DNA of 58,460 nucleotides, from positions 1 through 58,460 of the IMG/VR virus record IMGVR_UViG_3300034073_002726. The stretch is one strand, 5' to 3'. How positions within the stretch are numbered: position 1 is the stretch's first letter; each line of letters starts with the position of its first letter. A program made the translations under genes and the position numbers. Shown here one piece after another: positions 26,908 to 36,477 of the stretch. The notes beneath the pieces were generated by a model. The model had not been told where the DNA came from, ran no database searches, and saw nothing but the letters and a program-made list of their open reading frames with translations. Origin of the DNA: a virus (taxonomy: Duplodnaviria; Caudoviricetes).

Positions 26908-27516
26908 CTACAGGTACGTTGGCCTGCTGCGCATCTTGGCGGCTAGAACACCGCGGCTGTGCTTTGCCGCAATAGTGGACACGCGCGCCTCAAACATGGC
27001 CTGGTGCATGGGCGATGCAGCCAGGTCAGAGAACGGCTGATTCGGCACGCGCTTGAGGGATGCAATAGCACCGTGGGCAATGTCCTGCATGTGCTGTTGT
27101 GCCAGGGCATCATCCAGAGTGTTGGATGTGATGCTAGGCGCCACTGCAACCTCGGCAATCACCTCAATGCCCGCTGGCCGGATGGGGTACACCACCAGCG
27201 TGCGGCCATCTTGTGTGAAGGCAAACTCACGGCCTGGGTTGGTGCGTGAAAGCTCCAGGCCGTGCGCTGCTTCCACTAGTGGGAAATCGCTGTCACCCAC
27301 AGTCACCGATTTGATCTTGATGATCTGCGTATCCATTGGAGCTTCCAGCGGCACCAATGCGGTTCCTTCCGTTACCACTGGCTCTAGCACCTGCCGATAT
27401 GACAGCGTGCGCCGGAAGAAATCAATGGCTGCCAGTTTGACGTGCTGGTCCATGACAGGCTGAGGGCAGCCGATCACATAGGGCAACACATAGGGGCCGA
27501 AGTCAGACCACTTCAT
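26908..27516 (-). CDS. Adaptor/tail tubular A-like protein
   Basis: PYVIGCP...AAIDFFRRT; IAHGAIASL motifs. Confidence 0.7.
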   Translation of the reverse strand: MKWSDFGPYVLPYVIGCPQPVMDQHVKLAAIDFFRRTLSYRQVLEPVVTEGTALVPLEAPMDTQIIKIKSVTVGDSDFPLVEAAHGLELSRTNPGREFAFTQDGRTLVVYPIRPAGIEVIAEVAVAPSITSNTLDDALAQQHMQDIAHGAIASLKRVPNQPFSDLAASPMHQAMFEARVSTIAAKHSRGVLAAKMRSRPTYL

Positions 27517-27712
27517 CGTCGTACTGGCGGTGGGTCAGGTAGCGCAGTTGGATACGAATCTTGTCATCGTCCATGCGCTCCAGCTCCGAGCGAGCCAGCC
27601 CGCGGCGGTGGGCCAGCGCACGCAGGTCACTGCCAGACAGCTTCTCGGGGTTCTCCCGGTCCGCTGCGGACAATTCCTGCGCAGGCTCAGCAACTTTGCG
27701 CGGGCGGGCCAT
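27503..27712 (-). CDS. Small hypothetical protein
   Basis: TGATG-coupled 69-aa ORF. Confidence 0.65.
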   Translation of the reverse strand: MARPRKVAEPAQELSAADRENPEKLSGSDLRALAHRRGLARSELERMDDDKIRIQLRYLTHRQYDDEVV

Positions 27713-28167
27713 CAGGCGATGCCTACAGTCACGGGACGGCAGATCAGCGTTGCGCGGATCGTCTGCCCGGCTGCGGGGTTCGCGCCCAGGAACTTGATAC
27801 CCCAGCCGCGCTCCGAAGCGTCGGATGCGATGGCATTCACGTTCTTGGAACGGCGAATCACGCCAGCCGTCGCGGCGGCAGAGGCGGCGAAGAACTCGCT
27901 GCCCATGGTGCGTGCGTTGTCGGCCTTGCCGTAGGTGCCGCTGATGACGCCAGCGTCCAGCGTGGCCGAAGCGCCCAGGGCGCCGTTGTCCACGATCAGA
28001 TCCACAGGCACGCAGTTCTGGGGGATTGCGCCGAACTCCACGATGTCATTGATGGCATCGCCGGTCACGGTCACATACTCGCCGGTCACCACGATGGGTT
28101 CGCTTGCCTCGTAGGCGGTAGGGGCTGGCAGACCCGCCAGCACCTGCTTGGATTGTTTGAGGGCCAT
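27712..28167 (-). CDS. Capsid decoration/cement-like protein
   Basis: 151-aa beta-rich ORF immediately after the capsid gene; AAGGA SD. Confidence 0.65.
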   Translation of the reverse strand: MALKQSKQVLAGLPAPTAYEASEPIVVTGEYVTVTGDAINDIVEFGAIPQNCVPVDLIVDNGALGASATLDAGVISGTYGKADNARTMGSEFFAASAAATAGVIRRSKNVNAIASDASERGWGIKFLGANPAAGQTIRATLICRPVTVGIA

Positions 28168-28195
28168 GTTGGTATTCCTTCAGGTGAGGGTTGCG

Positions 28196-29305
28196 TTAGA
28201 CGGCGGCGGTGTAGGCCGTGTCCACAGTGATCTGGCCGTAGTCCATACCGTCGAACTGGGACTTGTCAGCACCAAAAATCATCTCGAAGAACAAGATGTG
28301 ATCGTGCTTGCGGTCGTCCATGTCCTCGTCCAGGCTCACCGACATCCCATCGGCCATGCCCTTGGTGCCGTGGGCGATGGACACAGCATTGGAGCCCATG
28401 AACAGCGAACGGGCTGCAGCGACATTGCCGCCAGAGCCGTAGTCGTTGAACTTCACGCCCACTTCCATTTCGTCAATCAGCACGCCGTTGAACATGCCGG
28501 CGCCACCCTTGAAGATTTCCGACTCCTTGCCAACCGCAGTGGTCAGAGCCTTCTGGGCTTCAAACCAGCCTTGTGCGCCCACGTCGTCGCGGATGTCCTG
28601 CATCACTTCTGGCAGCACAGCCAAAATGAAGCAATCCTTGCCGCCCTTGCGGATGGGGGTCATCTTCACAGGCTTGTCCTTGCCGCCCAGCATCTTCTTG
28701 GCCTTGGTGCGCAGCTTGTTCACCGTGGCAAGAATCATCTTGTCAGTGCCTGCCAGGGTGGCCTTGGCCTTGGAGCCATCTGTGCCCACAAACAGGTGAG
28801 CGGTATCAGGCGCGCGCAGGGCGTTGGGGTAGCCTGCGTAGTCCGTGCCGAAGTGGCTGATTTCGTCGCCTACACCACGGGCGCCGGATGCAGCGGTCAC
28901 GATGACCTGCTCATACAGCTCCTTGATGTACTCGGTCAGCTTCTCGCGGCCCTGCTTCTTCAGGTTGTAGCCCACGCGCGACTGCTCGATGCGGGCGCCA
29001 ACGTTCACGCCATGGCGGAACTCGTTGATGCGCATCGTGTGTGCGGCGTGCTGCAGCTTGAATTCCTGGCCCGCCAGCTTCTGGCCTTCGGTGATGGGTG
29101 CGCCACGAAACTTGGCCACCAGTGCGGTGGTCACTTCGTCGCCAGCGCCCTTTTCCAGCTCGGTCTTCTTGATGACGGCAGAGCGGGAACCTTCTTCACC
29201 CACCAGGCGGGCGAAATACTGCTCCTGGGCAGCGTCGTTAGCTACTGCCGCTGCCCAGGCTTTACGCTTGTTTGGGTCGTTCGGCAAAATTGTCGTGCGG
29301 CTCAT
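28196..29305 (-). CDS. Major capsid protein (N4-gp56/DUF4043-like)
   Basis: ELEKGAGDEV, IFKGGAGMFNGVLI, DYGQITVDTA motifs; AAGGAG SD. Confidence 0.9.
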   Translation of the reverse strand: MSRTTILPNDPNKRKAWAAAVANDAAQEQYFARLVGEEGSRSAVIKKTELEKGAGDEVTTALVAKFRGAPITEGQKLAGQEFKLQHAAHTMRINEFRHGVNVGARIEQSRVGYNLKKQGREKLTEYIKELYEQVIVTAASGARGVGDEISHFGTDYAGYPNALRAPDTAHLFVGTDGSKAKATLAGTDKMILATVNKLRTKAKKMLGGKDKPVKMTPIRKGGKDCFILAVLPEVMQDIRDDVGAQGWFEAQKALTTAVGKESEIFKGGAGMFNGVLIDEMEVGVKFNDYGSGGNVAAARSLFMGSNAVSIAHGTKGMADGMSVSLDEDMDDRKHDHILFFEMIFGADKSQFDGMDYGQITVDTAYTAAV

Positions 29306-29375
29306 GTGTTACTCCTTGTCCAGCACATTGACGCACTCCTGCGCGCCGAAAAACCCCCAGCGGAATGCCAGGGCC

Positions 29376-29582
29376 TTACAAAGCTGGCTCAGTTCGCCGC
29401 CTGCTCTCGGGCTTGCCCACCCTCACGGAAGGGCTTGCCTGAATACGCACGCGGGCCTTGCGCCCATCTTTGGATTCGAGTATTAGCACAATTTTTTCGG
29501 AGTCAACGCCATTGATTCCGCGCAGGCAAACCGACTCGCCCTCGCGTATTTCAACGACCAGCCCCGGCTTGTGTTGCGCCAT
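29376..29582 (-). CDS. CsrA/RsmA-fold-like small protein
   Basis: GLVVEIREGESVCL...KIVLILESKDGRKARVRIQASPSVRVGK aligns by eye to CsrA beta-strands. Confidence 0.55.
   Translation of the reverse strand: MAQHKPGLVVEIREGESVCLRGINGVDSEKIVLILESKDGRKARVRIQASPSVRVGKPESRRRTEPAL
29479..29508 (-). promoter_or_regulatory. Phage late promoter motif copy (capsid operon), intragenic
   Basis: CGTTGACTCCG; TTGACT-N16-AATACT. Confidence 0.75.
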
Positions 29583-29583
29583 A

Positions 29584-30447
29584 TCAGTCGGCATCCAGCA
29601 GCGCTGCCTTCTGCGCTGGCGTCAGCTTGTCAAAGGCGGCCTCGTAGGCTGGCCCCTTGAGGCGTGCAATCTGCTCGATCACTCCGCCCGTGTTCGGCGT
29701 GGACGCACTGGGCAGGCTGCGCAGCGTCACGGGCACATCGCCTGCAGGCTTGCGCTCTGGGGCGGGTGCCTTGGGTGGAGTCTGCACACCACGCATAGCC
29801 TTGACCATCTTGTGCGCATCCTCAATCAGGTCGGCAAAGTCCTTGCCAGCATTGGCAGGCTGTGCGGCCAGCACCTGCAGGCTGGTGTCGAACTGCTGCT
29901 GCGCCGTGGCATCCGCGGCATAGTCCACCTCGCTCTTGGTGTTTGCAATCAACCGCTGAATGGCGCGGGCTTGATAGGCCTGCTGCGACTGGGCATTGGC
30001 TTCCTGCAGCGTCTCGGCGCGAATGCGGGCAGCGGCCAGGTCTTCCAGGGCCTCGGCCACTCGCGCGTCTTCGGCCGCAAAAGTTTCTGCGTCGATTTCA
30101 CCGTCCATCAGCTGCTTCATGGCGTCGGCCTTGGCCTTCATCAGCTCTGCACGCTGGGCCTTGTAGTCCTGGGGCACCTCGGCTTTGTATGTAGGCAGCT
30201 CGGCTGCTTCGGTGCTGGCTGCTGCGGGGGCAGGATCAGCTTCAGCCTGCTCTTCCTCGGCAGCCGGCGCATCGGCTGCGGCCTGATCTGCTTCGGGTTC
30301 TGCTGCAGCCTCGGGGGCTGGCTCGGGGGCTGGCTCGTCTGCGTCAGCCTCCACGGTCAGCGGTTCATCATCGCCAAAAGGGTCTTGCCCAGCGGCCTGC
30401 GCGGCGGCAATAGCTTCCAGTGCTTTGAGGTCTTCGGGTGTGCTCAT
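29584..30447 (-). CDS. Capsid scaffolding protein
   Basis: Acidic A/E/P-rich helical protein between portal and capsid genes; AGGAG SD. Confidence 0.8.
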   Translation of the reverse strand: MSTPEDLKALEAIAAAQAAGQDPFGDDEPLTVEADADEPAPEPAPEAAAEPEADQAAADAPAAEEEQAEADPAPAAASTEAAELPTYKAEVPQDYKAQRAELMKAKADAMKQLMDGEIDAETFAAEDARVAEALEDLAAARIRAETLQEANAQSQQAYQARAIQRLIANTKSEVDYAADATAQQQFDTSLQVLAAQPANAGKDFADLIEDAHKMVKAMRGVQTPPKAPAPERKPAGDVPVTLRSLPSASTPNTGGVIEQIARLKGPAYEAAFDKLTPAQKAALLDAD

Positions 30448-30477
30448 GATTCTCACTCCTGCGAGGTTGGTGGTTGG

Positions 30478-30864
30478 TTATTTGTTGGCCAGCTGGCTGC
30501 GCAGCTCGTAGCCCATCAGGGGCCAGATGCGGCTCACAGCGTTCTGGCGGGCAATCTTGCGGCCCACATCGGCGTCGAAGTTCTCAGGGCTGGCGCAGGC
30601 GCTCTCGCCGGTCACGGTGAAGCCGTTGCGCAGGACCAGCACGCAGAAGGTGAGAAGGCCCAAAGGCGCAAGATCGGCATTGCCCTCCACGGGACGCTCC
30701 CTGCCCACGTACGTCTCGTTTGTCAGCGCACCCAGCCTGCCGTCTCGGGCCGTGAAATAGTGCTCGCTGGCGATGTTCGCCTCAATGTCCGCAGGCGTCA
30801 CGCGCGGCGCTGTCAGGCCCTTGGCCTGGATCTCTTGCTCGATGGATTCGTCGGTAGTGCTCAT
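30478..30864 (-). CDS. Gp49/Gp66 family protein
   Basis: TFCVLVLRNGFTVTGESACASPENFDADVGRKIARQNA. Confidence 0.9.
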   Translation of the reverse strand: MSTTDESIEQEIQAKGLTAPRVTPADIEANIASEHYFTARDGRLGALTNETYVGRERPVEGNADLAPLGLLTFCVLVLRNGFTVTGESACASPENFDADVGRKIARQNAVSRIWPLMGYELRSQLANK

Positions 30865-30908
30865 GTAAACCTCGGTGTTCATGGGTGGGGTTGGTGAAAT
30901 TACGCAGG

Positions 30909-31133
30909 TCATTGGCAGGCTTCACAAGTGCCGTCGCCCGACAGGTCACAGGCCTGGCCCAGCGGGAAGTCGTCGGCCTGAGCCACCAGGTCCAGTTCGC
31001 CCAGTCGATGCAGCTGGGTCTGGCCATCCCATGCGCACAGGGCCTGCTGGCCAGCCAAGCTGGTGACGGTCATGTCTGGGCCTCCGCTCTTGTGGCGCAC
31101 GGTGTCGCCTGCGGAAATTGGGGTCGCTGTCAT
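30909..31133 (-). CDS. YodC/DUF2158-like protein with Cys-rich tail
   Basis: GDTVRHKSGGPDMTV...CAW; C-terminal ACDLSGDGTCEACQ. Confidence 0.7.
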   Translation of the reverse strand: MTATPISAGDTVRHKSGGPDMTVTSLAGQQALCAWDGQTQLHRLGELDLVAQADDFPLGQACDLSGDGTCEACQ

Positions 31134-33322
31134 TGCTGTGGTGGTAGTGGTTGTTCAATCAGGCTTTGCTCTACGCCGTCCGCCATCGGTGTCTGGCTGC
31201 CCACCATGCCGCCGTCCATCTGCTGCATGTCAGGGATGGGCTCTTGCATGGGGTCTGGTTGCGCTGCGGGCGGCTGCATCGCAGGCATGGCGGCCGGATC
31301 AATCACACCCTGGCCATTCATGTCCTTGAACCCCACCGACTTGAGCAGTTCGTCGGCCACGGGGGTAATGCCGGGTGCCGTCATCAGCACCTGAGCAGCC
31401 TGAGCCGACAGGTACAGCCCCTCCAGGCGCTTGGCCATGGCATCGGCCTCCAGCTTCTCACCCTTGGCCTGGGCTTCGCGGATCTGCGCTTGGAGCTGCG
31501 CCATCTGGGCTTCAAACTGGGCCTGCGCCATCTGCTGCTTCTGCTGCATCTCGGCTTGCTGCTCGGGCGTCATCTTCCCGGATTCATCGGCCTGGCCATT
31601 CACCGAACGGATGCGCTTCAAGATCGCCTGCTTGCGCGGCAGGTTCGGGTGCATCTCGAAAATCACGTCCAACAGGTTCACCACGATCTGCGGCGCTGCG
31701 CTGGCCAACTGGGTCATCACCTGCATCAGCTGCTCAAAAGCCGCTTCGGCAAAACTCTGCTTCCATGCCTGCTCGCCCACCGTGAAATGCGCCTGGCGCT
31801 GGGTGATGTCGTTCAAGTAGGTGCCGTCTGGCTGCGGCTGATTGATCCGCGTGTACTCATTGCGCCCGTTGTCGCCGCTGGTGCGCACCGTCATGGGCTG
31901 GGTAATGAACTGCTCGGCCAGGCTCAGCGCCATCTCGCCCTCCATCTGTCGGGCAAACAGCAGGTTGTCGAAAAGCTCCATGGTGATGAGGCTGCCCTGC
32001 TCCTGCTTGGCCAGCACGGCCTTGCCGCTGGTGGCATTGGTGTCCAGGCCCCGGTTTTCCCCGGTCACGCCAGACATTTGGCGGATGGCATTCAGGTCGT
32101 ATTGCGCCAGGTTCAGTTGGAACTGCGCCGACTGGTTGTTGTCCCGGTCACGCACCTTGCCACCGGCCAGGGCACCGCGGGCAAACACCGCCGTGCCGTG
32201 CGGGTCATCCAACTCACGCCGGATCTCGTCAATATCCATCACCTCGGGGTTGAATGAATCTTCCTCCATCAGCAGCTGATTGGCGCTGGCCTCATACAGG
32301 CTACGGCTCATGCGATGGTTCAGCGCTTCCTGTGGCCCCATCAGCTGGCAGATTGGGCTATACGGCAGGCCTGTGCGCTTGTTGCGGTAGGCCCAGTACG
32401 GGATGAACGGGAACCGGTCGTGCTTGAATGGGCTCCAGGACTCAATCAGCGTGTCCTTCTCCGTCATGATGGAGCACATGATCCGCCACGTCATCGGGTC
32501 GGCAATGCCAAACGGTCCGGGCTCCTTGTTGTGGAAAGGCTCACGGCTCCAGCACTCCAGCAGCAGCACACGCTCGCGGGTGTTGAACATGTCCACGGGC
32601 TTGGCGGTCAGGTAGTCCAGCTTGTCGTCCTGGCTGCTGAAAGCGTCCAGCCCGGCAATCAGCCCGGTGCCCAGCCAGTTGCGCAGAATCTCGGCATCGT
32701 CGCCGTTCTGCGCGCAGGCCTCCAGCTTGTCCTTTTTGTCCGGGAACAGCGCGATAGCTACATCCAGGTCCACCACCTTGATGCGGAACAGGTAACGGGC
32801 GTCTGACAGATCCCGCTTGGTGGCCATCGAGTCCCACAGGATGTTGCGCCACGATTCCGCCCCGATGTAGATGGGCGCACCGTTCTTGTCACCGCGCAAA
32901 CCCACTTCGATCCAGCCAATGCCAGCCTTGAAAGCGTCCTCGGCCGCGTAGCTGCGCTCAAAGCTGGCCCGGTTCGTCTCGTCCAGGTACTTGAGCAGCT
33001 TGGTTTTGAGTGATGCGTCGTTGTCAGCTTCCTCGCCTTCGTCGTCCGCCACCACCAAAAAGTCCACCCGCGTCTTGCGCTCGGTGCCGATCAGCCAGTC
33101 GATGGTGGGCTTCACCTCGTTGTACACAACCACAGGCTGGCCACGGTCACGCAGCTCCTGGGCGTCCTCAAACTCGTACTGGTTGCCGTCATAGAACGCT
33201 TCCGACTTGGCCATCATGGCCCGGTTGGCCGACTGGCGCGAAGCCTCAGCCAAGAACCAGGCTCGGCGCTTATCGTGTCGCTCCTGCACTGCGGCAGGGC
33301 TGGTGTCGAGATTGGATTTCAT
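31130..33322 (-). CDS. Portal protein (P22-like)
   Basis: FYDGNQY...RGQPVVVYNEVKPTIDWLIG; NATSGKAVLAKQEQG; Q-rich barrel. Confidence 0.9.
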   Translation of the reverse strand: MKSNLDTSPAAVQERHDKRRAWFLAEASRQSANRAMMAKSEAFYDGNQYEFEDAQELRDRGQPVVVYNEVKPTIDWLIGTERKTRVDFLVVADDEGEEADNDASLKTKLLKYLDETNRASFERSYAAEDAFKAGIGWIEVGLRGDKNGAPIYIGAESWRNILWDSMATKRDLSDARYLFRIKVVDLDVAIALFPDKKDKLEACAQNGDDAEILRNWLGTGLIAGLDAFSSQDDKLDYLTAKPVDMFNTRERVLLLECWSREPFHNKEPGPFGIADPMTWRIMCSIMTEKDTLIESWSPFKHDRFPFIPYWAYRNKRTGLPYSPICQLMGPQEALNHRMSRSLYEASANQLLMEEDSFNPEVMDIDEIRRELDDPHGTAVFARGALAGGKVRDRDNNQSAQFQLNLAQYDLNAIRQMSGVTGENRGLDTNATSGKAVLAKQEQGSLITMELFDNLLFARQMEGEMALSLAEQFITQPMTVRTSGDNGRNEYTRINQPQPDGTYLNDITQRQAHFTVGEQAWKQSFAEAAFEQLMQVMTQLASAAPQIVVNLLDVIFEMHPNLPRKQAILKRIRSVNGQADESGKMTPEQQAEMQQKQQMAQAQFEAQMAQLQAQIREAQAKGEKLEADAMAKRLEGLYLSAQAAQVLMTAPGITPVADELLKSVGFKDMNGQGVIDPAAMPAMQPPAAQPDPMQEPIPDMQQMDGGMVGSQTPMADGVEQSLIEQPLPPQQ

Positions 33323-33819
33323 ACTTCGGCCTCATGCAACACCTTGCCGGTGTCCTTGTTGGTGGCTGTCACCTCCCACATCGGGGGCGTGTCCAGGGCT
33401 TGTTTGATGTGCTTGGGCGTGGCTGGCATCAGCACCAGCTCGGGCGCGAACGTCACCACCACGTCCACCAGTTCATGCAGCGCGGCCTTGTCGTTCACGT
33501 CCTTGCCCAGCAGCGGCATAGCCTCGCGCGCCTCGCGGAAACAGTGCGCCGATGGCCCGCCCGTGCACTTGTCGTCCTGGTTGAAGCCCACGAACTCAGT
33601 GATGCAGTTGCGGGTGATCGTCCAGATACCTTGGCCTTCGCCGGTCACAAAAACATTGCTGGCAGGCCAGATGCACATCGCGGCACGGGTGTGCTTGCCC
33701 AGGCGAATCCACTCCAGGCTCACGACATAGCCATGCTTCACGGCGGTCTTGTAGGCCTGGTTGCCACCCACGGAAAACATAGGCTCTCCGCTCGGGCTCA
33801 GGACAGGGGAAATGTTCAC
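33319..33819 (-). CDS. Hypothetical protein
   Basis: 166-aa ORF between terL and portal; GGAG SD, GTG start, coupled to portal. Confidence 0.75.
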   Translation of the reverse strand: MNISPVLSPSGEPMFSVGGNQAYKTAVKHGYVVSLEWIRLGKHTRAAMCIWPASNVFVTGEGQGIWTITRNCITEFVGFNQDDKCTGGPSAHCFREAREAMPLLGKDVNDKAALHELVDVVVTFAPELVLMPATPKHIKQALDTPPMWEVTATNKDTGKVLHEAEV

Positions 33820-33822
33820 GGC

Positions 33823-35100
33823 TTATCTCCAGCTGCGTTTTCGGTTTTTGAATGCGGTCACGGAGTCGCTCACCGTGCTGGTCATCAGATCCACGGCTTG
33901 GCCCAGGTAGCGGAAAGCGTCGGCACCATGGCTGTACTCGTCGTGCAGCGGGGCGCCCGGCTCGTTCGTCTTTTGGTTGATGTCGCGCCGGTAGCGTTTC
34001 AGGCACTCCACCAGGCGCAGCGTCTTCTCTTGGTCGAAGTAGCATTTGGGGAACAACAGGCGCGCAGCCTTAATGCCTTCCTCAATGCTGGTCTGCGGCA
34101 GCACATGCACCGTGCGGCCCATGTCTTTGAGCAGCTCCTCGGTGCTTTTGCCGGTCTGAAAGTTGCGCGTGCGCCCGTCGTGGGGCAGAAAGTCCGTGCC
34201 CCAGCGGTACGGGTGCCTCTCCAGCTGGCCCACATACCAATCCAGCGTGCGGTTGCTGTCCTCGATGTAGCCGATCACCCGCACCTCGCGCGGCCCGCGC
34301 TGCGCCAGGATGATCGTCATGGCGTCGTTCCAGCCCAAGTCCCAGATGCTGTGCACAGGCAGCTCTGGGTCGTATGGAACCAGCGTCACGCGCTTGTCCG
34401 TGTAAAGCTGGTCAATCTCATGGCGGTAAATGGCGCCCTCGGCCACGCGGCGGGGCTTACCTTCCCAGATGTGGTCATAGCTCACTGGGTCCAGCGCCTG
34501 CGCCTTCACCCGCTCCTGCTCCAGCACCGCAGGGAACCACGGGTTGTCGCGCCAGTTAATCTCGCACGTCCAGGTGTCCGGGCTCGGCGCTGCAATGAAG
34601 CGCTGCCACGTCTCGTCCGTGTCCATGTCTGGGTTCAGCGTCAGCCAAATTTCCGACTCAGGTTTGCGGATGGTCGGAATCAGGGTGTCCCAGCTCTTTT
34701 TGCTCACGCCATGGGCTTCTTCCACCCACACAATGTCACAGCCTTCAAAGGACTTGATGGAGTCCACCGTGTGCGCCTGCAGGCCAGTGAACAAGAACAG
34801 TGAACCGTTGGCACCGCGGATTTCGTTGTCCAGGATCTCAAACTCGTCGGTCAAGTTCAGCGCCACCACCTGGTCTTTGAGCAGCCGGTGCACCGAATCG
34901 CGCATGGACTTCTGGACCTCACGGGCGCACAAGATGCGCAGCGGTCGGTCTGCAGCCATCAGCAGCAGCGCACGGGCCACGGCCCATGACTTGCCGCCAC
35001 CACGGCCGCCGTGCATCACCTTGTAGCGCTTGGGCTGGAAAAGAGGGCGCAACTTCGCCGGGAACTCGGCGCGGATGTCGATGAACGCCTCGGCAGTCAC
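33823..35100 (-). CDS. terL: Terminase large subunit (PBSX type)
   Basis: GGRGGGKS Walker A, WVEEAH Walker B, WDLGWND, SHGADAFRY. Confidence 0.95.
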   Translation of the reverse strand: MTAEAFIDIRAEFPAKLRPLFQPKRYKVMHGGRGGGKSWAVARALLLMAADRPLRILCAREVQKSMRDSVHRLLKDQVVALNLTDEFEILDNEIRGANGSLFLFTGLQAHTVDSIKSFEGCDIVWVEEAHGVSKKSWDTLIPTIRKPESEIWLTLNPDMDTDETWQRFIAAPSPDTWTCEINWRDNPWFPAVLEQERVKAQALDPVSYDHIWEGKPRRVAEGAIYRHEIDQLYTDKRVTLVPYDPELPVHSIWDLGWNDAMTIILAQRGPREVRVIGYIEDSNRTLDWYVGQLERHPYRWGTDFLPHDGRTRNFQTGKSTEELLKDMGRTVHVLPQTSIEEGIKAARLLFPKCYFDQEKTLRLVECLKRYRRDINQKTNEPGAPLHDEYSHGADAFRYLGQAVDLMTSTVSDSVTAFKNRKRSWR

Positions 35101-35741
35101 TTTGCAACCACGTCCACGAAGTCGAGAATCACACGCTTGCGCTGCGCGCCCGACTGACTCTTGTCGTCATCGCCCTCAATGCCATAGGCTTCACGTTCTA
35201 GGCCGATAAGCACTCGCATGGAGTCGCCCAGGTCTTTCATCGTCTTGACGCGGCTAGGAAGGCTGATGACTTTTTGGTAAATCTCAGCCAACTTGTCTTG
35301 CCCCTTATCGTCAGGGCTGCGCATCAACTCACCCAAGTCAGCCAACATGGCGGCAGCATCAGGCCCAGTCTGCAACTCCAATTCCGTAAGCAGATTGGCG
35401 GCAACACTTCTAGCGCGCGCAATGTCCTTGCGATGGCTAATGCGAACCGAAGCGATTTGCGTGGCGTTGTCTTCAATAACCTGACGCTCTGGAACTGCGG
35501 GCTGGGGCGTAACCTTCCCCGTAACCATGGCCTGCGTAACCATGGCATCCGCCTTGGCGCGGATCTTTGCGGCTAGATCCCGGTCAATCCCAGCCTTCTT
35601 GAAGTGATTGACGATGGCTGCATGCGAAACCGGGTCGCCTGTTTCCTCGGTGTACTGGGCGGCAAGTTGGCGTGGGCTGAGTATTCCGGCGCGCCAACCA
35701 GGCTCAATGCGGGCGTAGTCAACCTTTTTAGTGGCTGCCAT
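35097..35741 (-). CDS. terS: Terminase small subunit
   Basis: N-terminal HTH (YARIEPGWRAGILSPRQLA), LIGLEREAYGI; directly upstream of terL; GAGGTGG SD. Confidence 0.75.
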   Translation of the reverse strand: MAATKKVDYARIEPGWRAGILSPRQLAAQYTEETGDPVSHAAIVNHFKKAGIDRDLAAKIRAKADAMVTQAMVTGKVTPQPAVPERQVIEDNATQIASVRISHRKDIARARSVAANLLTELELQTGPDAAAMLADLGELMRSPDDKGQDKLAEIYQKVISLPSRVKTMKDLGDSMRVLIGLEREAYGIEGDDDKSQSGAQRKRVILDFVDVVAK

Positions 35742-36396
35742 ATTCCACCTCTTCCAGCCTGGCGACAATCTCCAAGCGCGCCACTGCACCATTCTCCAAA
35801 CCTGTGGCCCACGCTAGATCCTCATCGGGGATGGACTCCAGGATGGCTGGGCAGCTCGCAATAATGGAAAGCAGATAACGCCTGCACTCCTTGTCCACTT
35901 GTTTTAAATAGGCCTCAACCCGCGCCAAGTCATCTAGGGCCTTTTGCAGCGGGTCGATTGGCTCAAACATCCGCTCGAAGACTTGCACAGATGGGATGGC
36001 CAGATTGCACAGGACATCGTGGTGCCCGCGAATCAGGTACGCCTCGTACCCTTTGGCAAAGACGTCATCAGAGCATTGCAAGAAAAGCGTGTAGCGCAGT
36101 CGGGGGCCGATGTGGCGGATGTATTGCGACTTTTCCGACAGATCACCTTGCATGGCGATCTTTGCGTGGTCGGTGGCTCTGCGCCCAATACCCTTACCGA
36201 CATAAAAGACAGTTCCGTTATCCAGGCAAAGCCCGTATACGTAGTGCTCCCATTGGCTTGCATCGACTGCGGAAACAAATTCCTGCTCGGTCAGCAAATA
36301 CTTCGCAGCCAAGAACTCGCCTTGATCCCAAGTGCGCTTTGGTGGTGTGTCGAGATGCTGTACCGGTGCCGCACTCCAGCGCGACTGTGATGCCAT
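35728..36396 (-). CDS. GIY-YIG (LEM-3-like) nuclease
   Basis: HYVYGL...FYVGKGIGRRATDH. Confidence 0.75.
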   Translation of the reverse strand: MASQSRWSAAPVQHLDTPPKRTWDQGEFLAAKYLLTEQEFVSAVDASQWEHYVYGLCLDNGTVFYVGKGIGRRATDHAKIAMQGDLSEKSQYIRHIGPRLRYTLFLQCSDDVFAKGYEAYLIRGHHDVLCNLAIPSVQVFERMFEPIDPLQKALDDLARVEAYLKQVDKECRRYLLSIIASCPAILESIPDEDLAWATGLENGAVARLEIVARLEEVEYGSH

Positions 36397-36426
36397 GAGA
36401 AACCCCGTTGAATTGACTATCTGCCA

Positions 36427-36456
36427 ATTGCAACGGGGTTTTCTTCGGAGTCAACG
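36427..36456 (-). promoter_or_regulatory. Phage late promoter motif copy (packaging operon)
   Basis: CGTTGACTCCG; TTGACT-N16-TGCAAT. Confidence 0.7.
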
Positions 36457-36477
36457 CTTATGACTTCGCAAGCATGC

